Notes: generated from the sequence alone by a model not told the origin. DNA of 55,501 bases from an uncultured Wenzhouxiangella sp. (GCA_964540315.1 CAZIMY010000001.1:1-55501), one strand, 5' to 3'. Positions 27,923 through 38,702 are shown, counted from the first letter of the stretch. Program-made: numbers and translations.

Positions 27923-28872
27923 GATCGTTTCTGCTCCTGGTCATTACGTTGGGCCAGTTCCATCAGCATTTCGGGCTGTTCAAGAGCCACCCACTCCGCC
28001 CCGCGCTGAATTCTCTTGCCCAGTCCGCACAATACGCGTCCTGGCCCAGCTTCAGCAAAGGTCTGTATACCGGATTCCACCATCGCCTCCACCGTTGCTG
28101 TCCACTGCACCGGCGCTGATAACTGTTCAATCAGCGCTTGCCGGATGCCTTCAGCATCGAATCGACAGCCAGCATCGACATTATGGTAGACAGGGATGCT
28201 CGGAGCGTTGATTCGGACGTCTTCAAGGATCAGTGCCAGTTGCCGGGCGGCCGGGCCCATGAGCGCGCAGTGCGAAGGCACGCTGACGGGCAGATTCAAT
28301 GCTTTTCGCGCGCCCGCGGCCCGACAGGCGTGCATGGCCCGCTCAACAGCTGCGCTATCGCCGGCGACAACAAGCTGCCCGGGAGAGTTGTAGTTGGCCG
28401 GCGACACAATCTGATCCTCACAGACTTCGCGACAAATCGCTTCAACGACCTCGTCGGCAAGGCCGAGAATGGCAGCCATCGCACCCTCTCCGTCCGGAAC
28501 GGCCGCCTGCATGAGCCGCGCTCTTTCTGCAACGATTCGCACTGCGTCCCTGAAGTCGAGCGCATCGGCCGCGACAAGCGCTGTGTATTCTCCCAGACTG
28601 TGGCCCGCAAAGGCCGCCGGGTTGCGACCGCCTGCCCGCCGCCAGCAGCGCCAGACCGCCACCCCGCCCGCCAACATGAGCGGCTGAGTGACCTGTGTGC
28701 TGTTGATCGCATCAGCAGGCCCCTTGGTAGCGATAGTCCAAAGATCCGTACCCAAGACCTCACCGGCTTCCTCAAACGTCTCCGCAACAATGGTGTCGTG
28801 CCCGCTCAGTTCAGCCAGCATGCCAAGAGACTGAGAACCCTGACCGGGAAATATGAGAGCTAAGTCATTCAT
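27919..28872 (-). CDS. fabD: Malonyl-CoA-ACP transacylase
   Basis: FPGQGSQ, GHSLGEY, VSVPSH. Confidence 0.96.
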   Translation of the reverse strand: MNDLALIFPGQGSQSLGMLAELSGHDTIVAETFEEAGEVLGTDLWTIATKGPADAINSTQVTQPLMLAGGVAVWRCWRRAGGRNPAAFAGHSLGEYTALVAADALDFRDAVRIVAERARLMQAAVPDGEGAMAAILGLADEVVEAICREVCEDQIVSPANYNSPGQLVVAGDSAAVERAMHACRAAGARKALNLPVSVPSHCALMGPAARQLALILEDVRINAPSIPVYHNVDAGCRFDAEGIRQALIEQLSAPVQWTATVEAMVESGIQTFAEAGPGRVLCGLGKRIQRGAEWVALEQPEMLMELAQRNDQEQKRS

Positions 28873-28895
28873 AAACAGATGGTTGCAACAATAAT

Positions 28896-29861
28896 CTAAT
28901 AAATGATCAGAGCTGAGCCCCAGGTAAAACCACCGCCAAAAGCCTCCAGCAGCAAGCGATCGCCGCGCTTCACCCGGCCACTGCGGATTGCCTCGTCCAG
29001 CGCCAGCGGCACAGATGCGGCAGATGTATTGCCATGCCGATCAACCGTTACAACCACCTGGTCCATCGACATTTGCAGTTTCTTGGCGGTCGCTTTGATG
29101 ATGCGCATGTTCGCCTGATGAGGAATCAGCCAATCCAGATCGCTTTTGCGCAGTTGGTTGGCCTCCAGGGTTTCGTCAACGATCCGGCCCAGAGTGTTGA
29201 CCGCGACCTTGAACACCTCATTGCCGCTCATCTGCACACGTATGCCGCCGCGGGCCTCGGGCAGGAAACCACGCGAGACGCCGACATCCACCTTCAGAAG
29301 ATCCCGGTAAGCACCATTGGCATGAATGTGCGTCGACAGAATTCCAGGCTCCGGGTCGGCGCTCAAAACAGCTGCACCTGCCCCGTCACCGAACAGGACG
29401 CAGGTTGATCGATCGCTCCAGTCGAGCATGCGGGTCAAGGTTTCTGCACCAACGACCAGCACGTTCCTGGCTGTTCCAGCTCGAATGTACTGGTCAGCCA
29501 CCGAGAGCCCGTACAGGAATCCAGAACAGGCGGCGTTGAGGTCAAAGGCCCCGCATTCGCCCAGCCCCAATCGCTCCTGCAACAGGCACGCAGTCGATGG
29601 GAAAACGATATCCGGTGTTGTTGTTCCCAGGATCAGCAAATCAATTTCGTCAGGCTTGATGCCGGCAGCATCCAGGGCTTGACGGGCAGCTGCTTCGGCC
29701 AGATCACACGTGGTCTGACCATCGGCTGCAACGCGCCGCTCACTGATCCCCGTGCGATCCCTGATCCACTGATCAGTGGTGTCAACGAAGGCCTCGAGGT
29801 CTTTGTTGGTCAGGATTTTTTCCGGCAGATAACTGCCGGTTCCGATAATGCGTGCATGCAT
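28896..29861 (-). CDS. fabH: 3-oxoacyl-ACP synthase III
   Basis: [33 protein letters not shown]. Confidence 0.96.
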   Translation of the reverse strand: MHARIIGTGSYLPEKILTNKDLEAFVDTTDQWIRDRTGISERRVAADGQTTCDLAEAAARQALDAAGIKPDEIDLLILGTTTPDIVFPSTACLLQERLGLGECGAFDLNAACSGFLYGLSVADQYIRAGTARNVLVVGAETLTRMLDWSDRSTCVLFGDGAGAAVLSADPEPGILSTHIHANGAYRDLLKVDVGVSRGFLPEARGGIRVQMSGNEVFKVAVNTLGRIVDETLEANQLRKSDLDWLIPHQANMRIIKATAKKLQMSMDQVVVTVDRHGNTSAASVPLALDEAIRSGRVKRGDRLLLEAFGGGFTWGSALIIY

Positions 29862-29884
29862 ATGCCTACTCCCTCTGACAGCCG

Positions 29885-30889
29885 CTACTCGACAGCCCTG
29901 AACTGATGTTCCATCGCTTGAGTCAGACCACCCCGGGCTTCGCGAGCGGCCAGCGCCAAGGCTTGGGCAACACCCAGTGCGCTGGCGCCACCGTGGCTCT
30001 TTATGACCACACCGCGGGCGCCTAGCAGCGCCGCTCCATTATGCCGCGCCGGATCAAGGCTGTCACGGAGCCGCTTGAGTCGGGATCTGGCCAGCCAGCC
30101 GCAAACGCTGCCAGCCAACAGCTTATTCAGCTCATCAAACATCAAACGAACCGAACCTTCGGCACTTTTCAGCAAGGTATTACCGGAAAACCCATCGCAA
30201 ACGACCAGGTCAACCTGCCCGGCAAACACCTGGTCCGCCTCGACAAATCCGCGGTAGTCCAAGTCCTCATCGGCTTTGATCAGACGCCCGGCTTCCCTGA
30301 CCAGGTCCGGCCCCTTGCCTGGCTCGGTGCCAACGTTCAAAAGGCCCACCAGAGGTTCTCGATCATTGATTAAACGAACGGCAATTCGGCCAAGCCGGGC
30401 GAACTCGTGCAATCGGCGGGCGTCAACATGCAGGTTTGCCCCCAGATCAAGCATCCAGCAAGTACCCTTTTGGGTCGGCAGCCCTCCCATCAGGGCCGGC
30501 CGATCAACGCCAGGCCAGGTCCCAAGCACGCTGCGAGCCAGCACCATAAGAGCGCCTGTACTGCCCCCACTCACCACAGCGTCCGCCCTGCCTGCCTCCA
30601 GGCAGTGCAGGACCGCCCCCATGGTGCTATTGCCCGCCTGTCGCAGAGCTTCCGCCGGTCCTGCATCGGGCGCTAGGCCGTAATCAACGGCGACGGGCAA
30701 GAGGCGTTTCCGGATCGCATCAGGCCAATCGGCCAGAGTCTCTACAAGCTCCCGCTCAGGACCAGCAGCAAGGATGGAAAGCGCGGGATCAAGCTGCAGG
30801 GCGTGGAGTGCGCCGGCCATGGTCACGCCAACACCGCCGTCACCGCCCAGGGTATCCAGAGCGATGCAGCAAACAGCGTGATTGGTCAT
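29885..30889 (-). CDS. plsX: Phosphate acyltransferase PlsX
   Basis: [53 protein letters not shown]; between rpmF and fabH; start ATG 30889. Confidence 0.9.
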   Translation of the reverse strand: MTNHAVCCIALDTLGGDGGVGVTMAGALHALQLDPALSILAAGPERELVETLADWPDAIRKRLLPVAVDYGLAPDAGPAEALRQAGNSTMGAVLHCLEAGRADAVVSGGSTGALMVLARSVLGTWPGVDRPALMGGLPTQKGTCWMLDLGANLHVDARRLHEFARLGRIAVRLINDREPLVGLLNVGTEPGKGPDLVREAGRLIKADEDLDYRGFVEADQVFAGQVDLVVCDGFSGNTLLKSAEGSVRLMFDELNKLLAGSVCGWLARSRLKRLRDSLDPARHNGAALLGARGVVIKSHGGASALGVAQALALAAREARGGLTQAMEHQFRAVE

Positions 30890-30911
30890 GCCCAAACGGG
30901 CCCTGACTAGA

Positions 30912-31112
30912 TCAGGATTCTTCTTCTTCCTCAACTTCGGGCGTCATTTCGATAACCTGACGCCCACGGTAGAAGCCTTCTGCCGATACATGATGGCGAC
31001 GATGGGTCTCGCCAGTGCTGACTTCTTCCGACAGGGTCGGCCCTTTCAACCCATCATGAGAGCGGCGCATGCCGCGTCGCGACGGGGATTTCCGATTCTT
31101 TTGAACAGCCAT
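30912..31112 (-). CDS. rpmF: 50S ribosomal protein L32 (Cys-free type)
   Basis: [20 protein letters not shown]...[18 protein letters not shown]. Confidence 0.96.
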   Translation of the reverse strand: MAVQKNRKSPSRRGMRRSHDGLKGPTLSEEVSTGETHRRHHVSAEGFYRGRQVIEMTPEVEEEEES

Positions 31113-31148
31113 GGTCTACCAACTCTCTGTAATGAATAGTAAATAAAA

Positions 31149-31661
31149 CTAGTCGCGCTTTCGCGCCAAATCTGCCAGTACCGCAAACGGTTGATGCGTA
31201 TCGCCGTCTTTCTGCGCTACAACGTCGGCTTCACCCACTGGCTCGGAGTCCGGCGCTCTCGGTACCAGCGGCAGGGCAAGCAATAACTCTTCAGCCACCA
31301 GATCAACCATCCCCAGTCTTGCATCGTTGACCACCAGCGGCTCGTAGTCGTCGGGCAATCGCTCGGTGGCAGCATCTGAATCGACAATCGCGACAACCGA
31401 CGAACTGTCGACCTCCTGGTAGAAGCGCCGCAGGCTCCGCTGGCACGTCATCGGCACCTTTCCGGCGACGTGCACCTCCACCCTCACTTCGCGCTGATCA
31501 TCCAGACCGAACGACACCTGGAAAGAAATCTCGGCATCACCCGGCTTGTCGATCAAGCCACTAAGCTGCTTCAAGCTGCCCAACCTGACTGTCCCGGCAA
31601 ACTCGCGTCTTGCCTGGGCAGCCTTGAACGGATTGATCCAGTCCGGATAGTCGCGCGACAT
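31149..31661 (-). CDS. yceD: YceD/DUF177 family protein
   Basis: CQRSL, LPDDYEP, EELLLALPLVP, PFAVLADL; upstream of rpmF. Confidence 0.92.
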   Translation of the reverse strand: MSRDYPDWINPFKAAQARREFAGTVRLGSLKQLSGLIDKPGDAEISFQVSFGLDDQREVRVEVHVAGKVPMTCQRSLRRFYQEVDSSSVVAIVDSDAATERLPDDYEPLVVNDARLGMVDLVAEELLLALPLVPRAPDSEPVGEADVVAQKDGDTHQPFAVLADLARKRD

Positions 31662-31733
31662 CAGCCGAGCATTGTAGCATTGGCCATTGCTGGTTCACAA
31701 TATGGGTTGACCCTGCCTTTTGCGTCGCATTTG

Positions 31734-32312
31734 ATGAATTCACGAACTCTGGTGCTTGCTTCCTCCTCCCCTTACCGTCGGACCCTGTTGGAGAGGCTGC
31801 ATCTACAATTCACCACCCTTTCGCCCGACGTCGATGAAACGCCCATCGCCGGTGAGTCGCCGGGCGCGCTGGCCCTCCGCCTGGCAAAACTCAAGGCCGA
31901 GACCGGTTCAGCAATGGCGCCGCAAGCGCTTGTCATCGGCTCAGACCAGGTCGCCGAGTGCGAGGGCCGGGCGTTGGGCAAGCCCGGCACTGCCGAACGG
32001 GCAGAGGCTCAACTGAATTTATTGCAAGGCAAGACGGTTTTTTTTCATACGGCTGTTTGTGTCACAGACGGTCAAAATAGCGCGGTGGAAAATGTTGAAA
32101 CCGTCGTTCAGATGCGCTCTCTTGGCCTGGAGCAAATTCGACGGTACGTTGAGCTGGAGAACCCGGTGGACTGCGCAGGCGCCTTCAAAAGCGAGGCTTT
32201 GGGGATCAGTCTGATTGACGCCATGCGCAGCGAAGATCCGACCGCCCTCGTCGGACTGCCGCTGATCGCAACGATTCGCCTGCTGGATCAATTCGGCGTC
32301 GCGATCCTCTAG
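31734..32312 (+). CDS. maf: Maf family nucleotide pyrophosphatase (YceF-type)
   Basis: LVLASSSPYRR, IGSDQV, GKPG, DCAGAFKSEALG, DPTALVGLPL; divergent from yceD. Confidence 0.92.
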   Translation: MNSRTLVLASSSPYRRTLLERLHLQFTTLSPDVDETPIAGESPGALALRLAKLKAETGSAMAPQALVIGSDQVAECEGRALGKPGTAERAEAQLNLLQGKTVFFHTAVCVTDGQNSAVENVETVVQMRSLGLEQIRRYVELENPVDCAGAFKSEALGISLIDAMRSEDPTALVGLPLIATIRLLDQFGVAIL

Positions 32313-32385
32313 CCGACCCGCCGGGATACGGCACAAGTGCTAAACTTTCGGACCATACGCACCTGAATGGAAGGGCCTTTTGTTT

Positions 32386-34374
32386 ATGTCGGCGACCACG
32401 CATTCCGATCACACATTCACACACTGGCAACTGAAACACGATCTCGACGGGATTGCCTGGCTGACCCTGGACCGCAGCGACGAAAAGGTCAACAGTCTGG
32501 GCACGGAGGTTCTCGATGAACTCGGCGCACTGGTGGGTGATCTGGAGCAAAATCCCCCGACGGCGCTGATCTTGATGTCAGGCAAAAAGCGCAGCTTCAT
32601 CGTCGGGGCCGACGTCAGAGAATTTGACGCGACCAGCGACGTCGACGTGCTGGCAGAAAACGTCCGCAAGGTGCACGCCCTTTTCGCGCGAATCGAATCC
32701 CTGAATTTTCCAACCGTGGTCGCGTTCGAAGGCTACTGTCTGGGTGGCGGGCTGGAACTGGCCTTGTGCTTCGACTGGCGAATTGCGTTGGACGCCGACC
32801 ATACCCGGGTCGGGTTTCCGGAGGTCAATCTGGGGATTTACCCCGGGTTCGGTGGGTCCGGGCGATCAATCAGGGCCATGGGCGGACTCAAAGCCATGCA
32901 GATCATGCTGACCGGCCGCATGCTTCGAGCGCGCGCTGCCCGCAGTCTTGGACTGGTTGACCAGGTCGTCAGTCCGCACGGTTCATTGCACTGGGCCGCG
33001 CGCACCGCCGCGCTGAAGAAGAAACGGCATAAAGGCCCCGGCTTCATCGACCGGATGACGACCTTGGGGCCTGTTCGAAAAATCCTTGCAGGACAAATGC
33101 GCAAGCAGACCGCCGCAAAGGCCAAAATCGAGCACTACCCGGCACCCTATGACCTGATCGATGCCTTCGAGGCAGCCGGCGACAGCCAGACCGAAATGAT
33201 TCGTCTGGAGGGTGAAAACGTGCCGCGCCTTCTGGCTGGAGCAACGTCGCGTAATCTTCGGCGGGTGTTTCGCCTGATGGAAGGTCTGAAGGCACAAGGA
33301 CGCCGTTCGGACTTCAAGGCGCGCCGTGTCCACGTGATCGGGGCGGGTGTGATGGGCGGCGACATCGCGGCCTGGTGTGCCCTTCGGGGCCTGGAAGTCA
33401 CTTTGCAGGATCGCGAACTGAAATATATCGAGCCTGCTCTCAAGCGCGCTGAACGGTTATTCCGCCGCAAATTAAAGGCGCCCACCGCGCTGGCCGCGGC
33501 GCGTCAGCGGCTGATCGCTGACGCAGAGGGCAATGGCGTCGAACGCGCAGACGTCATCATCGAGGCTATCTTTGAAAACCGCGACGCCAAGCGCGAGTTG
33601 CTGGAAGCCCTTAAGGGTCGCGTAGCCGATCACGCGATTATCGCGACCAATACCTCGGCTATCCCCCTTGCCGAACTCGCCGATGTCCTGGATGACCCTA
33701 GTCGGCTCATCGGTCTGCACTTCTTCAACCCGGTGGCAAAAATGCCGCTGGTCGAAGTTGTCCATGACCCACAAAGCGCGAAGGCCCGCGTCGATGACGG
33801 CTGCAGTTTTGCCACCCAGATCGGGAAATATGCACTGCCAGTGACCTCGACACCGGGCTTTCTCGTCAACCGGGTACTGGCGCCCTATATGCGCAACGCC
33901 ATGAAAATGCACCGGGAAGGCATCCCGCGCGAAGCCCTTGATCGAGCTGCCGAGAAATTCGGCATGCCCATGGGCCCGGTGGAACTGGCCGATACGGTAG
34001 GGCTGGACGTCGGCCTCGGTGTCATCGGCACTTTGATGGGTGACGAGGCTGCCGAAGATCGCAAAGTGCTGGAAGAAATGGTGAACGATGGCAAGCTGGG
34101 TAAAAAGTCCGGCGAGGGCTTTTATGTCTGGAAAGATGACAAACCCCAGCGGGATCCGAAAGCGCATGAAGGCTACGATCTTGAGCACCTGGCCGACCAA
34201 CTGATGCGCCCCTACTTTGAAGAATGCACCGCCTGTCTGAAAGATCAGGTCGTCGAGGACGCTGACCTGCTCGACGCTGGCATGATCTTCGGGACCGGCT
34301 TCGCACCATTCCGTGGCGGCCCGATGAATTTTCTAGCCAGCCGCGAAGATGAGACGAACGAGGAGTCTGCCTGA
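32386..34374 (+). CDS. fadJ: Fatty-acid oxidation multifunctional enzyme (enoyl-CoA hydratase / 3-hydroxyacyl-CoA dehydrogenase), FadJ-like
   Basis: FIVGADV, CLGGGLELAL, PEVNLG, GAGVMGGDIA, TNTS, GLHFFNP, PGFLVNR, GMPMGP. Confidence 0.88.
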   Translation: MSATTHSDHTFTHWQLKHDLDGIAWLTLDRSDEKVNSLGTEVLDELGALVGDLEQNPPTALILMSGKKRSFIVGADVREFDATSDVDVLAENVRKVHALFARIESLNFPTVVAFEGYCLGGGLELALCFDWRIALDADHTRVGFPEVNLGIYPGFGGSGRSIRAMGGLKAMQIMLTGRMLRARAARSLGLVDQVVSPHGSLHWAARTAALKKKRHKGPGFIDRMTTLGPVRKILAGQMRKQTAAKAKIEHYPAPYDLIDAFEAAGDSQTEMIRLEGENVPRLLAGATSRNLRRVFRLMEGLKAQGRRSDFKARRVHVIGAGVMGGDIAAWCALRGLEVTLQDRELKYIEPALKRAERLFRRKLKAPTALAAARQRLIADAEGNGVERADVIIEAIFENRDAKRELLEALKGRVADHAIIATNTSAIPLAELADVLDDPSRLIGLHFFNPVAKMPLVEVVHDPQSAKARVDDGCSFATQIGKYALPVTSTPGFLVNRVLAPYMRNAMKMHREGIPREALDRAAEKFGMPMGPVELADTVGLDVGLGVIGTLMGDEAAEDRKVLEEMVNDGKLGKKSGEGFYVWKDDKPQRDPKAHEGYDLEHLADQLMRPYFEECTACLKDQVVEDADLLDAGMIFGTGFAPFRGGPMNFLASREDETNEESA

Positions 34375-35825
34375 TGTCCGATAACAGCCTACGCAAGATC
34401 GTCATTGCCGGCGGAGTCCGTATTCCCTTTTGCCGATCTAACACGCTCTACGCCGATCAGTCCAACCAGGACATGCTGACGGCCGCTATCCAGGGACTGG
34501 CCGACCGCTATGAACTGTCAGGTAAGCAGATAGATCAGGTGCTAGCCGGTGCCGTCACCACCCACTCGAAAGACTGGAATCTTGCCCGGGAAGCGGTGCT
34601 CTCCACCACCCTCTCGCCGCTTACTCCAGCGGTCACGATGCAGCAAGCCTGCGGAACTAGCCTTCAGGCTGCTCTGATGGCAGGGAGCCAGATTGCTTCG
34701 GGTCAGATTGATTGCGCCATTGTCGCGGGCACTGATACCACCAGCGACGCGCCGGTTGTTTTTCAGCGCCGTTTCGCTCAGCGTCTGATCAAACTCTCCA
34801 AGGCCAGGTCCCTTGGACAAAAACTCAAAGTCTTCAAAGGATTTTCGCCGTCGGAGTTGGCGCCTCAGCCCCCGCGCAATGCGGAGCCGCGCACGGGGAT
34901 GTCCATGGGACAACACTGTGAGCGCATGGCCCGCGAATGGCAGATCGAGCGGGCCGCACAAGATGAGCTGACGGTCGACAGTCACCGCAAGGCGGCAGCA
35001 GCCTGGGACGCCGGCTTTTTCGACGAGCTTGTGGTGCCCCACAACGGTGTGGTTCGAGACAATATCATTCGTCCCGACACCAGTTTTGAAAAACTCTCAA
35101 GTCTCAAACCGGCCTTTGATCGCAAGCAAGGCACCCTGACCGCCGGTAACAGCACAACGCTGTCTGACGGAGCAGCCGCGGTTTTAATCTGCTCCGAAGA
35201 ATGGGCCAGGGCAAACAATGTGCCGATCAGGGCCTACCTGACAGCAGGACGCGCCGCCGCGGTCGATTTTGTAGACGGCGACGAAGGCTTGCTGATGGCG
35301 CCGACTGTCGCGGTGGCCGAAATGCTGACCCGCAGTAAACTTACCCTACAAGACTTTGATTTCTATGAAATTCATGAGGCTTTTGCGGCACAGGTGCTTT
35401 GCACCCTCAAAGCCTGGGAATCCGAGCGTTACTGTCGGGAGCGTCTTGGCCTGAGTGGGGCACTCGGGAGCATCGACCGCTCGCGCATGAACGTGAGGGG
35501 CGGATCCGTGGCGGTTGGCCATCCTTTTGCAGCCACCGGGGCGAGGATTCTATCAACCCTCACCGCCATCCTTGAGCAAGCAGGATCGGGCCGAGGTCTG
35601 ATTTCGGTGTGTACCGCCGGTGGCATGGGTGTGTCGGCCGTTATCGAGCGCCCGGCGGCGGCTGGCACGCCGTCAAAGCCTCGCCCGAAAGCGTCAGCCG
35701 AAAGCGATCAAGAAGCTTCGGCGAAGCCCACCAGAAAAAAAAGAAAGAAGAAAACCGGCGGAAAGAAGCGAACCGTCAGGAAAGCGGTTTCTGGGCCAAC
35801 CGACCGCTCACAACCGGACGACTAG
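34374..35825 (+). CDS. fadI: Acetyl-CoA acyltransferase (thiolase, FadI-like) with a 57-aa basic C-terminal extension
   Basis: QACGTS, HEAFAAQV, GHPFAATGAR, CTAGG; 1-bp overlap with fadJ. Confidence 0.85.
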   Translation: MSDNSLRKIVIAGGVRIPFCRSNTLYADQSNQDMLTAAIQGLADRYELSGKQIDQVLAGAVTTHSKDWNLAREAVLSTTLSPLTPAVTMQQACGTSLQAALMAGSQIASGQIDCAIVAGTDTTSDAPVVFQRRFAQRLIKLSKARSLGQKLKVFKGFSPSELAPQPPRNAEPRTGMSMGQHCERMAREWQIERAAQDELTVDSHRKAAAAWDAGFFDELVVPHNGVVRDNIIRPDTSFEKLSSLKPAFDRKQGTLTAGNSTTLSDGAAAVLICSEEWARANNVPIRAYLTAGRAAAVDFVDGDEGLLMAPTVAVAEMLTRSKLTLQDFDFYEIHEAFAAQVLCTLKAWESERYCRERLGLSGALGSIDRSRMNVRGGSVAVGHPFAATGARILSTLTAILEQAGSGRGLISVCTAGGMGVSAVIERPAAAGTPSKPRPKASAESDQEASAKPTRKKRKKKTGGKKRTVRKAVSGPTDRSQPDD

Positions 35826-35841
35826 CCGTCCGCTCAGCCGG

Positions 35842-36711
35842 TCAGGGGGCCAAAACGACCAGGCCGGCCGCCTCGGCCGTGTTCTGAAGCAGTGTGGCCA
35901 CTGTCATTGGCCCAACACCGCCTGGTACCGGCGTCAACCAAGCGGCCTTGCCGGCGAGCGCATCGTGGTCAAGATCGCCACGAATGAGGCCATCGGCATC
36001 CCGGCTGATACCGATATCGATGACGACCGTGCCCGCCTTGATCCAGGCCGCATCAACAACGCCCCGCTTTCCTACGGCGACGCACAGAATCTGGGCGTCG
36101 GGCACCAGGGTCTCAAGGTCGCCGGTGAATCGGTGTGCAACGGTTACGGTCGCGCCGGCCAACAGCATTTCCAGCGCCAGCGGGCGGCCAACAATGTTTG
36201 ATGCACCCACGATCACAACCCGCTGACCCTTCGGGTCTATGCCGTACGAACCCAGCAGGGTCATGATGCCTCGAGGGGTGCATGGCCGAAGACCAGGATC
36301 GCGCTGAGCCAGGCGACCCATATTGAAGGGGTGGAACCCGTCAACATCCTTTTCGGGTCGGATTCGCGCACTAACCGCTTTTTCATCAAGGTGAGCGGGC
36401 AACGGCAGTTGCACCAGGATGCCATCAATGTCGTCATCTTCGTTGAGCGAGTCGATCAATGCCAACAACTCCCCTCGACCTACTCCATGCTGAAGTCGAT
36501 ACGAGCGCGACACAACACCCGCGCGCTCACAGGCCTTGATCTTGTTACCGACATAGACTTCGGATGCGGGGTCGTCACCGACCAGCACAACGGCCAGCCC
36601 CGGCGGTTTGCCGCCCTTTACCAGCCGCACGTCAACCGCATCGCGGACGTTATCTATCAGGCGGTCAGCAATCTTTCGACCGTCGAGAATGGATGCTTGA
36701 GCTTTAGTCAT
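35842..36711 (-). CDS. folD: Bifunctional methylenetetrahydrofolate dehydrogenase/cyclohydrolase
   Basis: LAVVLVGDDPAS.VYV.NK, GILVQLPLP, KDVDGFHP, PCTPRG, TPVPGGVGPMT; start 36711 or 36723. Confidence 0.95.
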   Translation of the reverse strand: MTKAQASILDGRKIADRLIDNVRDAVDVRLVKGGKPPGLAVVLVGDDPASEVYVGNKIKACERAGVVSRSYRLQHGVGRGELLALIDSLNEDDDIDGILVQLPLPAHLDEKAVSARIRPEKDVDGFHPFNMGRLAQRDPGLRPCTPRGIMTLLGSYGIDPKGQRVVIVGASNIVGRPLALEMLLAGATVTVAHRFTGDLETLVPDAQILCVAVGKRGVVDAAWIKAGTVVIDIGISRDADGLIRGDLDHDALAGKAAWLTPVPGGVGPMTVATLLQNTAEAAGLVVLAP

Positions 36712-36773
36712 GATGCGAGACATTGTATCGGCAAGGCGGTAGGATAAAAGCAGTCCACCCAGGGAGAACCTCA

Positions 36774-37262
36774 ATGAACCTATACGAATTTTCTTTCGCG
36801 GCACTCGGGGGCGGCGCCTTGCCCCTTGAACGCTTTCGGAATCAGCCCATCCTGCTGGTTAATACGGCCTCGGAATGCGGCTATACGCCACAGTACAAAA
36901 CGCTTCAGAAGCTTTACATAGACTACGAGCAGTCCGGCCTGGTAGTGGTCGGCATTCCGTGCAATGACTTCGGCGACCAAGAACCCGGATCAGAGGAGGA
37001 TATCTTAAAGCTGGTGCGGGAAGATTTCGGCGTCACCTTTCCGATGACCGCAAAGTACTCGGTGATCGGAACGGAAATGCACCCCTTGTTCCGTGCCATG
37101 GCGGAGCAGCTCGGACCCGAGGCGTTGCCGCGCTGGAATTTTCACAAGTATCTCTTCAACCGCAGAGGCGTTCTGGTCGCCCGATGGCCTTCGGACACGC
37201 CGCCCGATGACCCCGGGCTGCTGCGCGAGGTCGCAAAACATCTTCAGTCCTGGTCGCTTTGA
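36774..37262 (+). CDS. Glutathione peroxidase family protein (Cys type)
   Basis: VNTASECGYTPQY, PCNDFGDQEPG, PRWNFHKYL; GGAG RBS before ATG 36774. Confidence 0.92.
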   Translation: MNLYEFSFAALGGGALPLERFRNQPILLVNTASECGYTPQYKTLQKLYIDYEQSGLVVVGIPCNDFGDQEPGSEEDILKLVREDFGVTFPMTAKYSVIGTEMHPLFRAMAEQLGPEALPRWNFHKYLFNRRGVLVARWPSDTPPDDPGLLREVAKHLQSWSL

Positions 37263-37274
37263 CCTGGGGAAGCG

Positions 37275-38693
37275 CTACTTTCCTCGCCTGGCGGATTTCC
37301 TGACAAAACTGCGCAAACGCTTTCGCTTTTGCAATTGTCGGGGAGTGAGCTTATTTCGACGACCCGCGTAAGGGTTGTCAGAATCCTTGAAGATAAGGTG
37401 AATCGCCACGCCGGTCAGGTCGAAAGCGCGTCTGAATGCGTTGATCAGATAACGACGGTATTGGGCCGGCAGGTGGGCCGTGCGATTGCCATGGATAACA
37501 ATCCTGGTGGGGAACAAGCCGCCGGCGTGAGCGTAGCGAAGCTTCGCCGAGCCCGTCTTCCCTCCGGGCGGCGGGTGTGCCTCCACGGCCGAACGCAAGA
37601 CCCGTGTCAAAGCCGGCGTGGGGAAATCGGTTCTTGCGCAGCGGTGAACATGGCTGACAGCATCTATCAGTTCACCCAGACCGCTTCCGTGAAGTGCTGA
37701 TAAGGTGACCACCGGCGCATGCCGTGCAAACTGAAGCCTTTCTCCAACATCTACCAATAACTGCTTACGCTGAGGTTCGTTCAGACCATCCCACTTGTTG
37801 AGAGCCAATATCAGACCCCGGCCAGCCTCGACCACATGACCGGCGAGCCGGGCATCCTGATCGGTCACACCCTCTGAGGCATCCATCATCAAGACCGCAA
37901 CGCTGGCCTGCTCCATGGCCTGCATGGCCTTGATCGTGCTGAAACGTTCAAGGCCCTCGTGACTTCCACGCCTGCGGCGAATACCCGCCGTATCGACCAG
38001 GCTGAAAGCCTGTCCATCTCGCTCCACTCGCGCCCGCACGGGGTCGCGCGTGGTTCCCGCCAAAGGCGTTGCAAGCGCTCTTTCCTCGCCGAGAAAACGA
38101 TTCAGCAGGGTGGACTTTCCAGTATTGGGTCGCCCGATCAGCGCCAGCGCTATCTCGTTCTCAGGCGCATTGGACGCAGGTGGCCTCGCCTCCGGGAGCA
38201 ATTCAGCCACGGTTGATGCGAGTCGTTCAAGACCACGTCGATGACTAGCAGCAATCAGGCAGTAGCGCTGTAGACCGACGCTGAGGCTCTCGGCCTGGAC
38301 CACATCCTCGTCCAAACCATCGACTTTGTTGACCGCATGAACCAGCGGCTTGTTCAGCGTCCTGAGCCAGGCCGCGATCTCATAGTCAGCGGGCAGCAAG
38401 CCCGCTCTCGCGTCAGTGAGGAATATCACCAGGTCGGACTCGTCGACCGCCAGACGCGTCTGGCGTTCGCGTCCGGTGCCGATATCGTCGCGGGCCGACT
38501 CCAGGCCACCTGTATCGATCAGCAGGGTCGACCGGCCGTCCAGCACTGCCCTGCCATAAATACGATCGCGGGTCACCCCGGGCATGTCAGCGACCAGCGC
38601 GTCGCGGGTGCGGGTCAATCCGTTAAATAGAGTCGACTTGCCCACGTTGGGCCGGCCAACGATCGCGACCACGGGCAGGCCCTGATCAGACAT
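37275..38693 (-). CDS. der: Ribosome biogenesis GTPase Der (EngA)
   Basis: Two G domains (GRPNVGKS/DTGG/NKVD and GRPNTGKS/DTAG/NKWD) plus KH-like C-terminus. Confidence 0.96.
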   Translation of the reverse strand: MSDQGLPVVAIVGRPNVGKSTLFNGLTRTRDALVADMPGVTRDRIYGRAVLDGRSTLLIDTGGLESARDDIGTGRERQTRLAVDESDLVIFLTDARAGLLPADYEIAAWLRTLNKPLVHAVNKVDGLDEDVVQAESLSVGLQRYCLIAASHRRGLERLASTVAELLPEARPPASNAPENEIALALIGRPNTGKSTLLNRFLGEERALATPLAGTTRDPVRARVERDGQAFSLVDTAGIRRRRGSHEGLERFSTIKAMQAMEQASVAVLMMDASEGVTDQDARLAGHVVEAGRGLILALNKWDGLNEPQRKQLLVDVGERLQFARHAPVVTLSALHGSGLGELIDAVSHVHRCARTDFPTPALTRVLRSAVEAHPPPGGKTGSAKLRYAHAGGLFPTRIVIHGNRTAHLPAQYRRYLINAFRRAFDLTGVAIHLIFKDSDNPYAGRRNKLTPRQLQKRKRLRSFVRKSARRGK

Positions 38694-38702
38694 GGGATGC
38701 CG

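Noticed and set aside
30912-30941. Acidic EVEEEEES tail on L32 (GAA repeats)
   Set aside because: Short acidic tails on Cys-free L32 are common; not a repeat element
35735-35742. A8 tract as a phase-variation or programmed frameshift site
   Set aside because: Short, lies in Lys/Arg codons of the thiolase tail downstream of the catalytic domain, and has no evident stimulatory structure
36774-37262. Possible selenocysteine glutathione peroxidase
   Set aside because: The active-site codon in ASECG is TGC (Cys) and the frame has no internal TGA
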